Below, piece by piece: positions 51,340 through 64,000 of a stretch of DNA of 64,000 nt. Location: NCBI RefSeq assembly GCF_000150275.1, contig NW_002060950.1:1848106-1912105 (forward strand), in the 5' to 3' direction. The translations under genes and the position numbers were made by a program. This DNA comes from Trichoplax adhaerens. Taxonomy: Eukaryota > Animalia > Placozoa. The notes beneath the pieces were generated by a model. The model worked only from the letters and a program-made list of their open reading frames with translations, was not told the DNA's origin and made no database searches. How positions within the stretch are numbered: the stretch's first letter is position 1; every line of letters begins with the position of its first letter.

Positions 51340-53765
51340 CTTAGTAATCTCAGCGAGCCAATTTCAATCGCTAAATGTCTAAAATAGAAATATTAAGATT
51401 TGGATTCGATTGCAAGCTATCGGCAGTATGGCCTATACTTCTACAACTGAAAATGACTTTCTTGACTATCCACGAGATGAGGTCACTAATTATCCAATAT
51501 AACGGTATTGAGAATGTAAAAAAATAAAGAAAGCAAGCCAAGGAAAATATAATTGGCTCTATCTTTTGGCTTAGTCATCGACTGCTGCTCGTGCACTAGC
51601 TAGACATGAGGGGAAATAAGCCGACGCTACACGCTTATTGGTAGAAATTAAATTGGAAGCAGCTATTGGTTTAAATTTTTACTGGAACATATGGTGACAG
51701 AGAAGTCATCATTTTGACTCAATGTATTGGAATGTTAGTAGTCTAACAAGACAACACATAACGGTTTTTCCCTCGATTTTACTTCGATCTATTTGCCTCC
51801 CTCATTGATATTGCGATAGGTAGCATTAACTGATCTAATTTGAATACAAATTAGTCAAGTTTTATGATCAATTCCATCCATTGGAATACTAAGATGAAAT
51901 GAACTAATGACCTCACTTTCTTTCTGCAACTTCGAATACTATAAAATACTTTGATATCACTTATTCGTGAATGGATTACAATAATTTTTCCAGTAAAACA
52001 TATTGATTTGGCTCTTTTTAACAAAAGAAAGATAAAAGAAATGACAATATTTCACTACGTTATTAAAGGAAAGATCGAAGATTTCAAATTAGCATTTCTT
52101 TAGTCATGCTTCAATTTACTACTCGAGTGAGATATTATTATCAATTCTATTCTATTACAAGCAATCGAGCACCTCAAATAGGGAGGGATTTGAGTTTTTA
52201 TTTTTTTATAATATATTGACCATAAACTATGACGGACTACGTGGATTATGCATAGTACTGTTACTCCTCGAATATTACCGATAACTAATTAAAAATGATC
52301 TTAAATGATAAGATAGCCAATTGCAATATTCTTTTTAAATTTGAGCGGATATTTGGTTCGTTTATCCGCGTTGCTACCTTGCTAAAGGATATGATAGACG
52401 CAATTGTAATTAATTGATCGAAGTAATTATAGACGTATTACAAGATCAAGATTTACTTAGCACGTATGGAATAAAAAATAATCTTCAGCCTACTATAAGA
52501 TATTATCGAACCGAAGTTTAGGGTTTAGTATTTTATTTGTGAGCAGCATATCAGGAACGATTTCAGTATATCGAAAGAATAAAATAAGCGATATGGATGC
52601 ATGTAGTTGTTAGAGAATTTTATCCAGGTGCAAGATGTTGCTATCTCGGTACAATGGACTGATTTTTAGTATTTCCTTTTGTAGGCGTTATATTATGAAC
52701 CATTTTGGAATGCCGCATGAATATCATGCGGTATGCGCTCTAATAATTGCAAGCAATCTATCCTGCTATAAAGTTACTTCTCCTGTTGTTACATGAGTGT
52801 TGAATTTCTTGATAAGAACTTCATTAATTTTAGTATACCCATATTGAATGAGTTTATATTTTTATGCAGACATACTATCAGGGTTAATTCAGTATTTTGA
52901 ATGAACAGAATTAAGAGTCGTAGTATCATAAATGATAACGGTAAATTACAAAGATATACAGCATACTCGTACAGATTAATAAAGTAGAAAGGAAGAGCTA
53001 TTAATACACTCCTAGATTAGTATTTGAGGCCGCAGCGTAAGGTACATTACACATTATAGTTTTAAGAAGTTAATTATCTGTAGTTTACCCTGCTTGCATA
53101 GCGGATGAAGATATACGATCGACCATCGGCGTTGCAACCTTTTACAACAGTAGGGTTCATGTGCGCGTAATATTTAACGGAACACGATATAAATGATTGG
53201 ATAATATCATCGGCAAATATAAAAAAAATGTCTGATTCGATAGCTTTGTAATTAAAGTAGCTTCGCTAGTCCAATCCACGTGCTTTGTTGCTCTCAGTCA
53301 GTATATGCTAGAGGCATTGAAGCATTCCAAGTTCTTATTGGCATAAAAATATTTTATTTCATTTTCTACTTGATTTCTATTTCAAAAACATTTACCTTCT
53401 ATTCATCTAGGTAACAGTATTAACGATAGTTTTATATATTATCTTCATTTTTATTTAAACTCTACTTTTTAAGGAGTTATATTTGTAAAGTTAATGGGAT
53501 AGTGTCCTCAGCGATTTTATTTAAGTTATCCTATCAAAAATAATGTCAGTGTATGATTAGAGTATGATTTACAGATGCTTGCTGCTATTAAGTAATAACA
53601 ATAGTATCGTCCATTTGGTTCAATCTGAAAAGTGTATGGCTAAATTAGCAACAGGCCATACTGAAGACAATATGCAACAACCTTTTGTTATTTTACTACC
53701 TAATATCTTTACTTTTATAGCTAAAAATTTCGCGATACAATGATATTCAATCGCATAGGGTGCAT

Positions 53766-55880
53766 TTATTTTCGAGGGGTCGCTATAAGTTTATATGATT
53801 TACATCCATGGACTAAACCCGGTCTCGGTTGTAAATCATAAGACTCTTGGGATTCAGCCATTTTAAATTCAAAGTGATTCATCAAGTGAGAGATGTACAT
53901 GAATAATTCATAGCGAGCAAGGGATTCACCAATGCAAGTTCGCGTTCCAACTGAGAATGGTATCAAATTGGGGGACTTTATTAGATCACCATTTTTATCG
54001 AGAAATCGTTGAGGCTGAAACTGTTTAGCATTAGGCCACAATGCCTCATCATGATGAACAGACCACAAATTGACCCATACAGCTGTGCCCTTGGGTATCT
54101 TTTGACCAAATATTTCAATATCTTTCAAAGGTGCATGAGGTAACGACAAAGGTACAATACTACTTAATCGTAACGTTTCCGAGATTGTAGCATCTAAGAA
54201 CTTGAGGGAACTACGATTTTCTATCGCTGGATAGTTATTGCGTCCTACAATTTGGTCTAATTCATCATGGACTTTTTTCTGAATTTGCGGATGAGTAATC
54301 ATGAACAATAAATACCATTGAACTGTATAGGATGTGGTTTGCATGCCAGCAAAAAATAAGTCACCAATCGTGCCAATAAGTGAATAATCATCCAGCATTG
54401 AAGCTTTATCATCCCTTTCTTCATCTTCAGCTTCTCGCTTAGCTTTTATCATAGCATCTAAAATATCTCTAACGGTATCGGGATCGTAGGTTTCTTTATG
54501 CGTTTCGAGTTCTTTTTCCAGCATAGATAGTAAATCATTGGTCAAGGCTTCAAGCTCTCGATTTGTTTTAGAGGGTATCTTCATGAGTAAATGATAGAGG
54601 AAGGGGAATGTATCAAAAATGTTGTTCATACTTATATATTCATCAAAGACTGTCAGTGCTGCAGATAGTTTTTCAAGTGATTTTCTATCGATATACTTTT
54701 CGAAACTATCAGGTCCAAAGCAAACGGTGAATATCAAGAAAGTTACAGAATTGAGCAGATCGGGTAAGACATCAAATGGTTTTGATTCATGTTTCTCTAT
54801 GACTTTGATTAATTTGTTAATTTCTCCTCTTACAAGCTGCTCAAATTTAGCAGCATCACTTCCAGACGCCTGTGTATAATTGCGAATAGCTGTATGGGTA
54901 ACTTTTCGGTGAAGGCGCAAAGTTGGTGTATAATCAGTAGCACTTATGCCAACAGGACCATTGGGGATTTCAAAAAATTTAAATAACATGAGATTAGGAC
55001 GACCTAACGGAGAGACAAAGATGAAATAGAGATTGAGTAAAATAACTTATTAAACGTAACGGTGGCAGTTGACTATTGGGTAAAGAGTAACATTATCTTG
55101 TATTATAATTGCAGGCCAATTGACGTCATTATAATTTCATGGCCTTGTCGTATTATTATTGCATTGCACAATGTACATGCTAATGGCGATTGTGAAATCG
55201 TACTGATTGAGAAAAGTAACTTTATTAAACGTTGCAGCCATTGTCTATTGGATAAGAAGTACAAATAGACTATCAATAGACTATATTATAATCAGTGGAC
55301 TACAAAATTTTACTCTCCTTTAGCTGTCTCTGCTATATTATACTATAGGATAACTGTCTCTTTACAGCCATCCTTGCAGGCCAATTGATGTCATTCTAAT
55401 TTACTGTATTCAATTGCTGATTAAAGCCATGCCAATTTCTTAATTTAACTAAGATCGTGAGTTGATGTATCGTATCTTAATGCAGACTCTTTTCTAAAAT
55501 TACTTTCAATATCAAAATAGGACCAATGGACGAGTCTATTATCCCTACATACCTCCAAATGTTACAGAATTCTTGAGCAAAGCTTCTTTGACTTTGTTGA
55601 CTCCATTGACAATAAGGCAAGGTCGTGTGCCAATAAAGACCGTAAATACATCACCATAACGCTTTCTCATTTCCGTCAATGTTAGCTCGGGAAGTTTGGA
55701 TAAAGCAAAGGTATTTCCAACGATTGGCCATGGCAGCGGCCCGCTCGGTAATGTAGTCCTCGCTTGAACGACTGTCCAAATATAATTGAGTAAACCGATC
55801 GCGACAATTGCGATCGCAACATTGCAGACAGATAATTGCATCAGGCAATTTTGCACAAGGCTGCCAGCCATTGTTGACAT
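53766..55880 (-). CDS. Cytochrome P450, clan 2, two exons, intact
   Basis: Exon 55553-55880 (membrane anchor, LPSGPLPWPIVGN), phase-1 intron, exon 53766-55003 (GRP, ETLR, PQRF, heme motif PFSVGTRTCIG). Confidence 0.95.
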
Positions 55881-56119
55881 TCAACGTCTCTTACCAGATT
55901 GCAATAATAGTGGTCAAAATTTTCAACTTGTCTTCACTTCTTCCTTGACTATGGCCAAGATGAATCGAGCGAGAATTGGGTTGCAGCAAGAGTTGTTGAT
56001 TAATCTTTGCTTGCGCAGCTCGTAATTCTCAGCATGAATATTGCAAAACTCCGCCCGGATTGATGTTTAGCTGCCAAGTGATTGGCTCAGGGCTATTTAT
56101 AGGCTTGGTCTGGTGGTCT

Positions 56120-56700
56120 GCAGTACAATGCCAAGATGGTACTCAAGGACTGCGCGTACAGTACAGTACTGTACACTGTACAGTACTGTACTTACACTGC
56201 TACTTGCAGAAGACTTGTCTGCTGGTGGGAAATAATAATAATAATAATTATATTATACTGTATAGAGATATATATAATAGATATACTACAGTATAATAGG
56301 CGCAAGAGAAAAGGAAGAAAGTTGACAAGCTCTTTGAACACAAAATGAATAAATCAATTATTGTGCGATATATAAATTGAATAATTGTGGCCATAAAGTT
56401 GGATTACTTAACATTAAGTACTAACCTGTGTGTTAACGCTGGTACAAACCACTATTCAAGCGTTCGAACCATGGTATGAATGAGTGTGGGGTGACATCCT
56501 TTTTGATCGGGAGTGTGGCTCAGGTACCGGTTTACACTACTGTACAGTACTGTACTGTATAGTACTGTACAGTGTACAGTCTACTGTACTACAATCATAT
56601 GGCACGGTAAATACTGTAGGAAAAGCAACAAAACGCTCATACTGGGCATACTGTACTGTATTACTGTACAGTGTACAGTGTACAGTACCGTCCAGCTGGC
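56120..56700. repeat. TACTG/CAGTA arrays upstream of the first P450
   Basis: Clusters at about 56155-56192, 56535-56592 and 56648-56690; an isolated palindrome ACAGTACTGTACACTGTGCAGTACTGT near 57198. Confidence 0.75.
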
Positions 56701-56790
56701 GAGCACTGCCACTGTAACCAGTGGATGACGTGGCTGCTCAACTCCTGACTGTCGTATGACTTCGTCCACGAACTGCAACTAACTAATAAT

Positions 56791-57079
56791 AAATGTCCAC
56801 CTCGGAAAGCCGTCGCTGAAAATTTCTCTTATAGCGGTAATAAACATCTCCCAACCTACTCAAGTAATATTTCCCCCCTCAAAAAGCTGCCACTGAAAAA
56901 TCTCTGTCATAACTGTCATTAAAAACTTGGGGCCTACTCCACGAACTTTTCCCTCTGCAAAAACCGCTGCTGAAAATTTCCCTTATCGAACATTTCCCCC
57001 TCTAAAGCTGGAAATCGAAAATTTCAAATTATATTACCAGCGGCTTTTGCAGCGGAAATCTTCGTGGAGTAGTCTCAAG
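56791..57079. repeat. Compound repeat: degenerate direct units plus a ~43-bp inverted pair
   Basis: About four TTCC..C.C..AAA.C.G...CTGAAAA-like units. CTTGGGGCCTACTCCACGAACTTTTCCCTCTGCAAAAACCGCTG (56926-56969) matches the reverse complement of 57038-57079, CTTGAGACTACTCCACGAAGATTTCCGCTGCAAAAGCCGCTG. Confidence 0.7.
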
Positions 57080-59171
57080 CACTGTATGCATACGTCGAGA
57101 TGGACATTTAATTCTAGTTCAATGACCTTAGCGACACAATATTTGGATTTGACTCATTACTATGCATAATTTTGCTCAAAATCAATATGCTATAACGACA
57201 GTACTGTACACTGTGCAGTACTGTTAAGCAAACATTACATAGTGAGACAATTTCTTGCTAGCATTCCATTCCTGTTGTAATATATTATCCTATTCGTGGA
57301 AAACGCCCATTACATTATATAAATTAATAATTATAATTATTGCCTGTACTCAAAACCAGTGTAGGAGCACACAATCAATCAATAATAGTAATGTCATTAA
57401 TAGTAAATAATGATGCTTATGTAGCAACGCTAGTCAATCTATTTGACTGTTTGAATGTTATGCAAAATTGAGCAATCGGGCACGGTGTCTGAAAATAATT
57501 ATCACAAACCATCTTATTAAGCTTACAGCTACTGTTCAGTATACGAGCATGTTACGATATTCCATTATAACATCATTATAGTGATCAAATAGGCTATAAC
57601 CATATACGAGCAATAACAGATTCTACGAGGGTATTCGATGTTGCAATGATAGACAACTTGGGGCTACTGATTAGTGGTGACTATAGAGCCTTTTAGGACC
57701 TTTAGTTCTAGTGGATACTGTCAAAGGCAATTGGGGGCTAGAGGTTTCTCAAATAAGTCTAGATCATTCGCAGTCGATGGTCAGCGGCGAAGTATGCTGT
57801 AGAAACATCTTGCCTTACAGGAAAATTTCCATACCAATAACAGTACTTTATCGTTTGCAATTCTGCCTTACTTATGCATTGATAAATATTTAAGAAGCAG
57901 TCTTTAGACTGTTTGTGTAAAGTCTGAGACGATGAAATTGAAATAACATGTTACTAATTCTTGACAATGCACAAAGATGTATATGAGGACAGCTAATAAT
58001 TTCTACCGTACATGCCTTAATTTGTTTTCAATCACCTTACTGAATCTGTAATTTGTAGATACGCATAAATGCATAGCAACGTTTGCATCGATTCGCATAC
58101 TAAACTGTATGGCTTCTTGTTGACATATACACTGTGTAGTAGCTCAACTTCTCCACCCATTTAGTCGGCTTAATAATAGTGAACTTTGTACAGTATTTGC
58201 AAAGAGATATAAAAAGTACTAAGTGAGATAAAACTCTTGCGAAATACGATATTCTATAATAATTGGCGGATGTAAGCTCTCCGGTTAATATACCATGTAT
58301 TAGTAGAAGTGTAATGCTCTATAAGATTGCCAATATATACTATTTGCCCCATGGTTATTTAGACTTATAAATTTAGTTGTAATGAATGCCCTGATACTAT
58401 CGTACTGTAGATTGTCTACCAGTTATTCTACAAAGTACTAGTCGTTGCCGAATGTTTCCAAGTCGGCCTAATATACCATCGACTTGATTACAACAACTAA
58501 ATCCTATTAAATTATAATGAATAAACTTGTGTTAGTGAATCAAAAGTAAATAAATTTTATTGCATGTTGCGATAAAGGAAATAAATCGATTAAGAAACAT
58601 AGTTATATATGAGTCATTTGATTTGCACTTAGGATTACCCATATAAAAAGTAACTAACGCTATATCTACAGCCTGTCCAATGAACTATTATCATGTGCTT
58701 GCATTCAATCTTTATATTCACTAACGATACGGTATAATAATTCAAATGTACTATAATGGGACTTTTCAATTAGATTATTATTATAGGTAAAAAATGAGTT
58801 CTAAAAATATCGGTTAAAGTAATAATAACAATTCTAGAATACTAACGAACTCTACATTCGAGATTACGCCATAAATATTAAGCATCAGTAACAACTCTAG
58901 AGTAGTGCTTGATGATTGCTGTTATAGTGTCAGTACTACAAGTATACTGTATCATGAGCTAAGCAGATCAAGCAGCGATAGCGTAGAGTGGACTGAGTTA
59001 TTAAATATTCCTGCTAAGTCTTCATCTGGAAGCACTTCTTACAAGTCATTTTTGACCATTCTAAGTGTGGTAGATCTCTTCTCATTAAACTATTTAATAA
59101 TCATAGCCTACACTCGTGTCATTAAACAAGTAACATTACAATTGCAACTGATTTGCAATCCATGTTTTCCA

Positions 59172-61379
59172 TCACGATATCCTTGGAGTTGCAGTCATCT
59201 GATATTCCTTGCATGGCATTACAAAACTACTTCCTGTCGATAAATCCAATTGTTGATTATCCACTTTTCTAAATGTGCAATGCTGCATAAGATGTGAGAT
59301 GATAATGTAAAGATTAAACTTAGCTAGTGTTTCTCCAATGCATGCACGAGTACCGCAAGAAAATGGCATTAAATTAGGTGATGACGCTTTGATTGTTCCG
59401 TCGTTATTCAAGTGGCGCTCAGGGGAAAACTCATTAGGATTGGGCCATAATTTCTCATCGTGGTGTACAGACCACGTATTAATCCAAACAGTCGTTTTAG
59501 ATGGAAGAGTGTAATTGTTTAGCTTTATATCTGCAATTGTTTCATGTGGTGCCGCTAATGGAGATACACTACTAGCACGAAGGGTTTCTAAAATAGTAGC
59601 CTGAAGGTAGGGAAGTTTATCTCGATCTTGTAATGTGGGATATCTGTCTCGACCGATAACCCTATCAAGTTCATCATGTACCTTCTGTTGTATATTGGGG
59701 TGTACAATCATATACAGAAAGTACCATTCAAGTGTAGTAGTTGTAGTTATAATACCAGCTGCAAAGAGATCAATCAGTGCACCGACAAGATTTTTGTCAT
59801 TCAACATTTTAGTCTTGTTAATGTCGTTCTTATCTTCTGCTTCATCTTTAGCTTTAATCATAGCGTCTGCAATATCTCTGATATTGTTTTTATCGAATGT
59901 TTCATGATGAGTCTCTAATTCAGCATACAATAGTTTAGAAATGGATCTTAGTAGTCGCTCCATGTCGCTCGCTACTAAAGATCTTGGCCAAGGTTAATAC
60001 GATATTGCCAAGCCATGGAAATACGTCGAAAACGCTGTTGACACGAAGTAAAGGTGTTAGTCGTCGTATTAGTGACAAAATGGAAATAAATTTCTTCCTG
60101 TCAATATAACTAGTAATGTTATCCTGACCGCAAAGCATGGCCAATGCAATATCGCCAACTGTTCCAATAGTATCCAATCCTGGATTGAAAGGTTTACCGC
60201 CTTTTGCATGGAAGTTATCGATTAACTGTTTCGCTTGGTTACTGACTAATTTCTCAAAATGGTTGGGACCGCTTTCAGTCATAATGAAGCTGCGAATTGC
60301 TGTCTGAGTTAATCTACGATAGAGCTTGAGATGTGGACAATAATTAAGCGTAGTGATACCGGGCAAATTATCTGGTGCTTCAAGAATCTGTAGCATGTAC
60401 GTCTGTGGTCTACCTGCAAAATCGTGTATATTTGATAAGCGTAGGAAAAAAATATTGACATTAGTCGTTGTCTCAAAATTATCATGATTAAATTGAGTTT
60501 ATCATTATCCATAAGTTCATTTAATATATAGTATTTTACAGCTTGACGGCGTGATGCAATTGCTTTTTTTTTGAAAGCTACATGAGCATTATTGTAATGT
60601 TTGTATTTGCGGTAATGTGTATCCAATGCATAAAAAGGCATCGATCATTAATAAATAATAATTAGATAGAATGAATGTAGTAATAGTGTACAGTTACCAA
60701 AACAAGTCATTTTTCTTGTGATTAAACTGTTTAAAACCAGCTTCTTATTTGCTTTATAGTATTACTATTACCACGATCAAGCTAATAAAGCTGATTAAAA
60801 ATTGTAAAATCAAGGCATAGCAATCTAGTTTTGCTATATTACTGTAATTACTGTAGAACAACTATTCCGATAAAAACAATCATAGACTATTGACAATAAG
60901 ATAGAATGCACCTCAGCAAGCGTTTACTTCATTTAATCAATTGATGACATCAAGACTAGAGAGAGCATAAAACTTATGGAGAGCTACTTACTACAAACTA
61001 GATCGTCCCGTAATTATTAGAAAGAAATCATTTTGCATAACCACAGTAAATCTATACCTGAAAATGCATGCGAGTGTTTCAGTAGGCATTCTCGTATCCG
61101 TGTGCCAGAGAGGACAACGACAGGATTTGAGCCATTAAATACGGTCATGACATCTCCATACTTTTTGGCTAAATTAGCTAATGAAACGTGAGTAACACTA
61201 CCCAATGGATTGCCAATAACTGGATAAGGAAATGGACCGGGTGGTAAAGTGGCTCGAGCACGAAGCACGATCCACCAATATCTGGTTAAATAAACAGTAA
61301 TTAGACTTGCTACAACATGATACCATGTTAAGCAGCTATACACATCCGCTAATAGCGAGTAGCAAGAAAGCATAATCAT
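59172..61379 (-). pseudogene. Cytochrome P450, clan 2, tandem paralog with one frameshift near 59960-59990 (pseudogene, null allele or assembly error)
   Basis: Same two-exon structure as its neighbour (61058-61379; 59172-60413), with PPGPFPYPVIGN, ETLR, PERH and PFSCGTRACIG. Exon 2 is split across ORFs 59935-60396 and 59172-59963 in different frames, with no usable intron between them. Confidence 0.75.
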
Positions 61380-62487
61380 CCAGTTTTTCCGTAATCAAAA
61401 TGGATTCAATTTGCTGCTCGATATACTCCGAAATAAGACTTTAACGAATCTGAATCTTAATTATTTTACTATTTTTGATTTGGCTAGCAAAACGAATGTA
61501 ACTAGAATATTTACAGTCCGTATCTTATTGAACGTCTTATACTAAGCGCTGCTGATCGAGTTGTCAACAGAGAAGTCTCGGTAGCCTATACCCCCACCGA
61601 GGTCATTTTCTCTTAGCTTTAACTATAAGATTGCTAGAGTTGAGTTGATATGGTACAGGACTTACTGGACTACTGTATGAGCTCAGCATCGTAGATGATA
61701 TTAGCTGGAGAAAAATTTTTTTAAGCTGTCCCTAGAGATTTATAGCATGAAAACATCGCAGTGCGTGAGTACTGTATAGCCTTGACATCGATCCGTTGTG
61801 ATAACTATACTCCTTTTGAAACATTTCAGATATTGTCTTATAACTTATTCTAGCTTCGGTCTTTCCTTGCTTTTCCTCCCTTCTACTTTCCATCTGAATA
61901 CCTTGATCAATCGAAAGATTGATGATCCCGAGACAGAATGGCCTAACTAGAGACTTCCCTTAAATCCCTTCCAACATGATCTAGATCCATTCCTTTGCCT
62001 AGAACTCGGTAAAGCATATACGGTATGAGACAACACAGTACTAGACTGCATACTGTATCCATAAACCGATCGGCAATGAGAATACGATAGTATCGCGGCA
62101 TTTTCCTACTTCGGTACTATACTGTAGGCTTAATCATGTACCCTATCATCGACTAGAGTATAAGGTACTATAGCCTATCATCGAGGTAAAAGAAACCTTG
62201 AGTCGATGCTATTTGCCTACTTGCATACTAATTCGTTGTTTCTACAGGCAGCAACAATCTTCGAGGAGTTGGCCGTCATCGATTGCAAATATTCAGTTTG
62301 AGCCCCAAGTATCAAATACTTGTGAATATAAATGATTGATCTATAATTAGTAGATTATCATTGGGCCAATTTAATGTTACGATGAATCAATCGCCTGTCT
62401 TGCAGAAGTCGATTTTCGGTAAGCAATGATTTGAATGGAGTTGATTTGTTGTACAAGAAAAGATAATGGTTTAGCTGCAGAAGAGCA

Positions 62488-64000
62488 ATGGATCGCAATA
62501 TAGACGTAAACCAAGAGCAATCGAATAGCGAGTTCGATCGAAATAGTAAACCAGATAGCTTGCACACCAATAATAGTCAAGGTAGGCAGCAATACATTGA
62601 TATTAAGAAGATTCATGTTGAAGATAATAGCCATAATTTAAGTCAGCAAAAAAGCAGCGATGATGAGAATGAGGACAACGCGTCTTCGTCAGCTATTGAT
62701 GCACGGCCACAACATGCATCGGACAACAACTTTGATCATTTAACGCAAACACAATTGGATGATACACAAGGTAAAGAAAATAGTCTTCCTTTACTACAAG
62801 ATTTGGAAATTAGAAATGTCAACAGTCGTGCCAATGATGATAGTTCATATCAAATATCTCCGTCAACGTCGTGGTTAGATAGCGATTCTCGTACAAGTGA
62901 TCATGATAATTTCAGCCTGCATAGCGCAGCTAGCAATAGTTCTGCATGGACTGATATCAAACTGAATGAAGACGGCCATGCTATTTCAAAGGATGATCTA
63001 ACTGGTAGGAGCCATGCCAAATTTTCTGAGAATACTTCTACTTCTACTCAATCGAGTTGGTTGTCCATGTTTAAGCGTAAAAGTGTCAATACTTCCCCCA
63101 AAAATAGCAATAAAGGTATCTATCCGATAGATTAGCCTATATTTTCGGTGATTGCTAATTTAGTAAATAATGCTTTTTTATTTTTGCCCCATGTCATCTT
63201 ATTCTTTGCTATTTATATCAAGATTGTATATGCTGTGATCTTAAGAGCTACCATGTGGCTCGAAAATGCTTATAGCAATTATCTCCACCCGCCCAAACAA
63301 TTATAAAATCGATTTTCATGTTTAAAAATTAAAACGTTTTACTTAACAACAGTTTTATATCCAATTCACGAACCCTTGTTTATGATACTCTTATCAATAC
63401 GCAACATGGAGTTAAGTCACTCCATGACAGCCAATTGTAACTAACAGTAAATCGATTCATGATTAATGTTGTAGAAACAGCGTCTAAGGCAAGATCTCCT
63501 AGTAAAGTTGCTGCTCTACACGCTAATTCAACAACAGGTTTAATCTTAGAGAATAGACCCAAGTGAGTGGAAGAAACATGCACGATACGTGTAAATTACA
63601 CGCAGTATATGCACTTACCAAATTATATAAATTAATTAATAGTAATGTTCTATATTTTAGTCATCATTATCATTGTTATACAAATACAGTATTTCTGCTC
63701 TTTTATAACTAGAGATAAACAATATGTAAAATTTTGATAATCTCATTCCGTTAAGTATAATAAATACTGTTAAGTTGAGACGAAACTATCAATCATCGAT
63801 TTTAAATGTACGAGTAATAGCATTTACATACCATTATCGTAACAATTGTTGTTTAATGATCTGATTTATGCTATTGCACGAATCATGAATTAATTACGCA
63901 ATAGTCATTTGCCTTCGAAACCAAAGCAAGAAGAACTAAAACATCGCCAGCAATATCTACAAATGTTAGAAAATGCAAAAAGAAAAGCGGCTAAAGAAGT
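62488..64000 (+). CDS. TBC1D12/TBC1D14-like Rab-GAP, 5' part (runs off the window end)
   Basis: Low-complexity exon 62488-63115, then 63475-63562 (STTGLILENRP) and 63905 onward (HLPSKPKQEELKHRQQYLQMLENAKRKAAKE), matching the conserved pre-TBC segment of TBC1D12/14. The TBC domain is not in the window. Confidence 0.8.

Noticed and set aside
53105-53135. ATGA...GA in the intergenic hairpin as a SECIS element
   Set aside because: Spacing is too short for helix II, and no adjacent same-strand gene has an in-frame UGA.
59960-60030. A tiny intron rescuing the P450 frameshift
   Set aside because: Nearby GT-AG pairs are under 30 nt with the wrong length modulo 3, or would delete conserved residues; the paralog has no intron here.

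Overview
AT-rich, intron-dense animal genomic DNA with short GT-AG introns and compact gene spacing. The style suggests the placozoan Trichoplax, but that is inference, not a database match. Splicing exons by eye gives 11 protein-coding loci: PCGF3/5-like (3' part only), SNRNP27, TMEM230, SFI1-like, SNRPG, R3HCC1-like, a TRPM channel, a tetraspanin, two tandem clan-2 cytochrome P450s (the second frameshifted) and TBC1D12/14-like (5' part only). Main observations: (1) the R3H domain of the R3HCC1-like gene has no in-frame AUG upstream, suggesting non-AUG initiation as reported for human R3HCC1; (2) a box C/D snoRNA candidate in SNRPG intron 1; (3) a shared promoter architecture (TACTG/CAGTA arrays plus a ~60-bp GAACC element ending in CTRR) at two divergent gene pairs; (4) a TA-flanked inverted-repeat element whose interior copies its own flank; (5) several unrelated local duplications with ~140-165 bp periods; (6) a TRPM2-like channel with no C-terminal enzyme domain and a degenerate Ca2+ site. 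No rRNA, tRNA, CRISPR array or transposase ORF was seen. Family assignments rest on recalled motifs, and most short ORFs in the supplied track are spurious or exon read-throughs.
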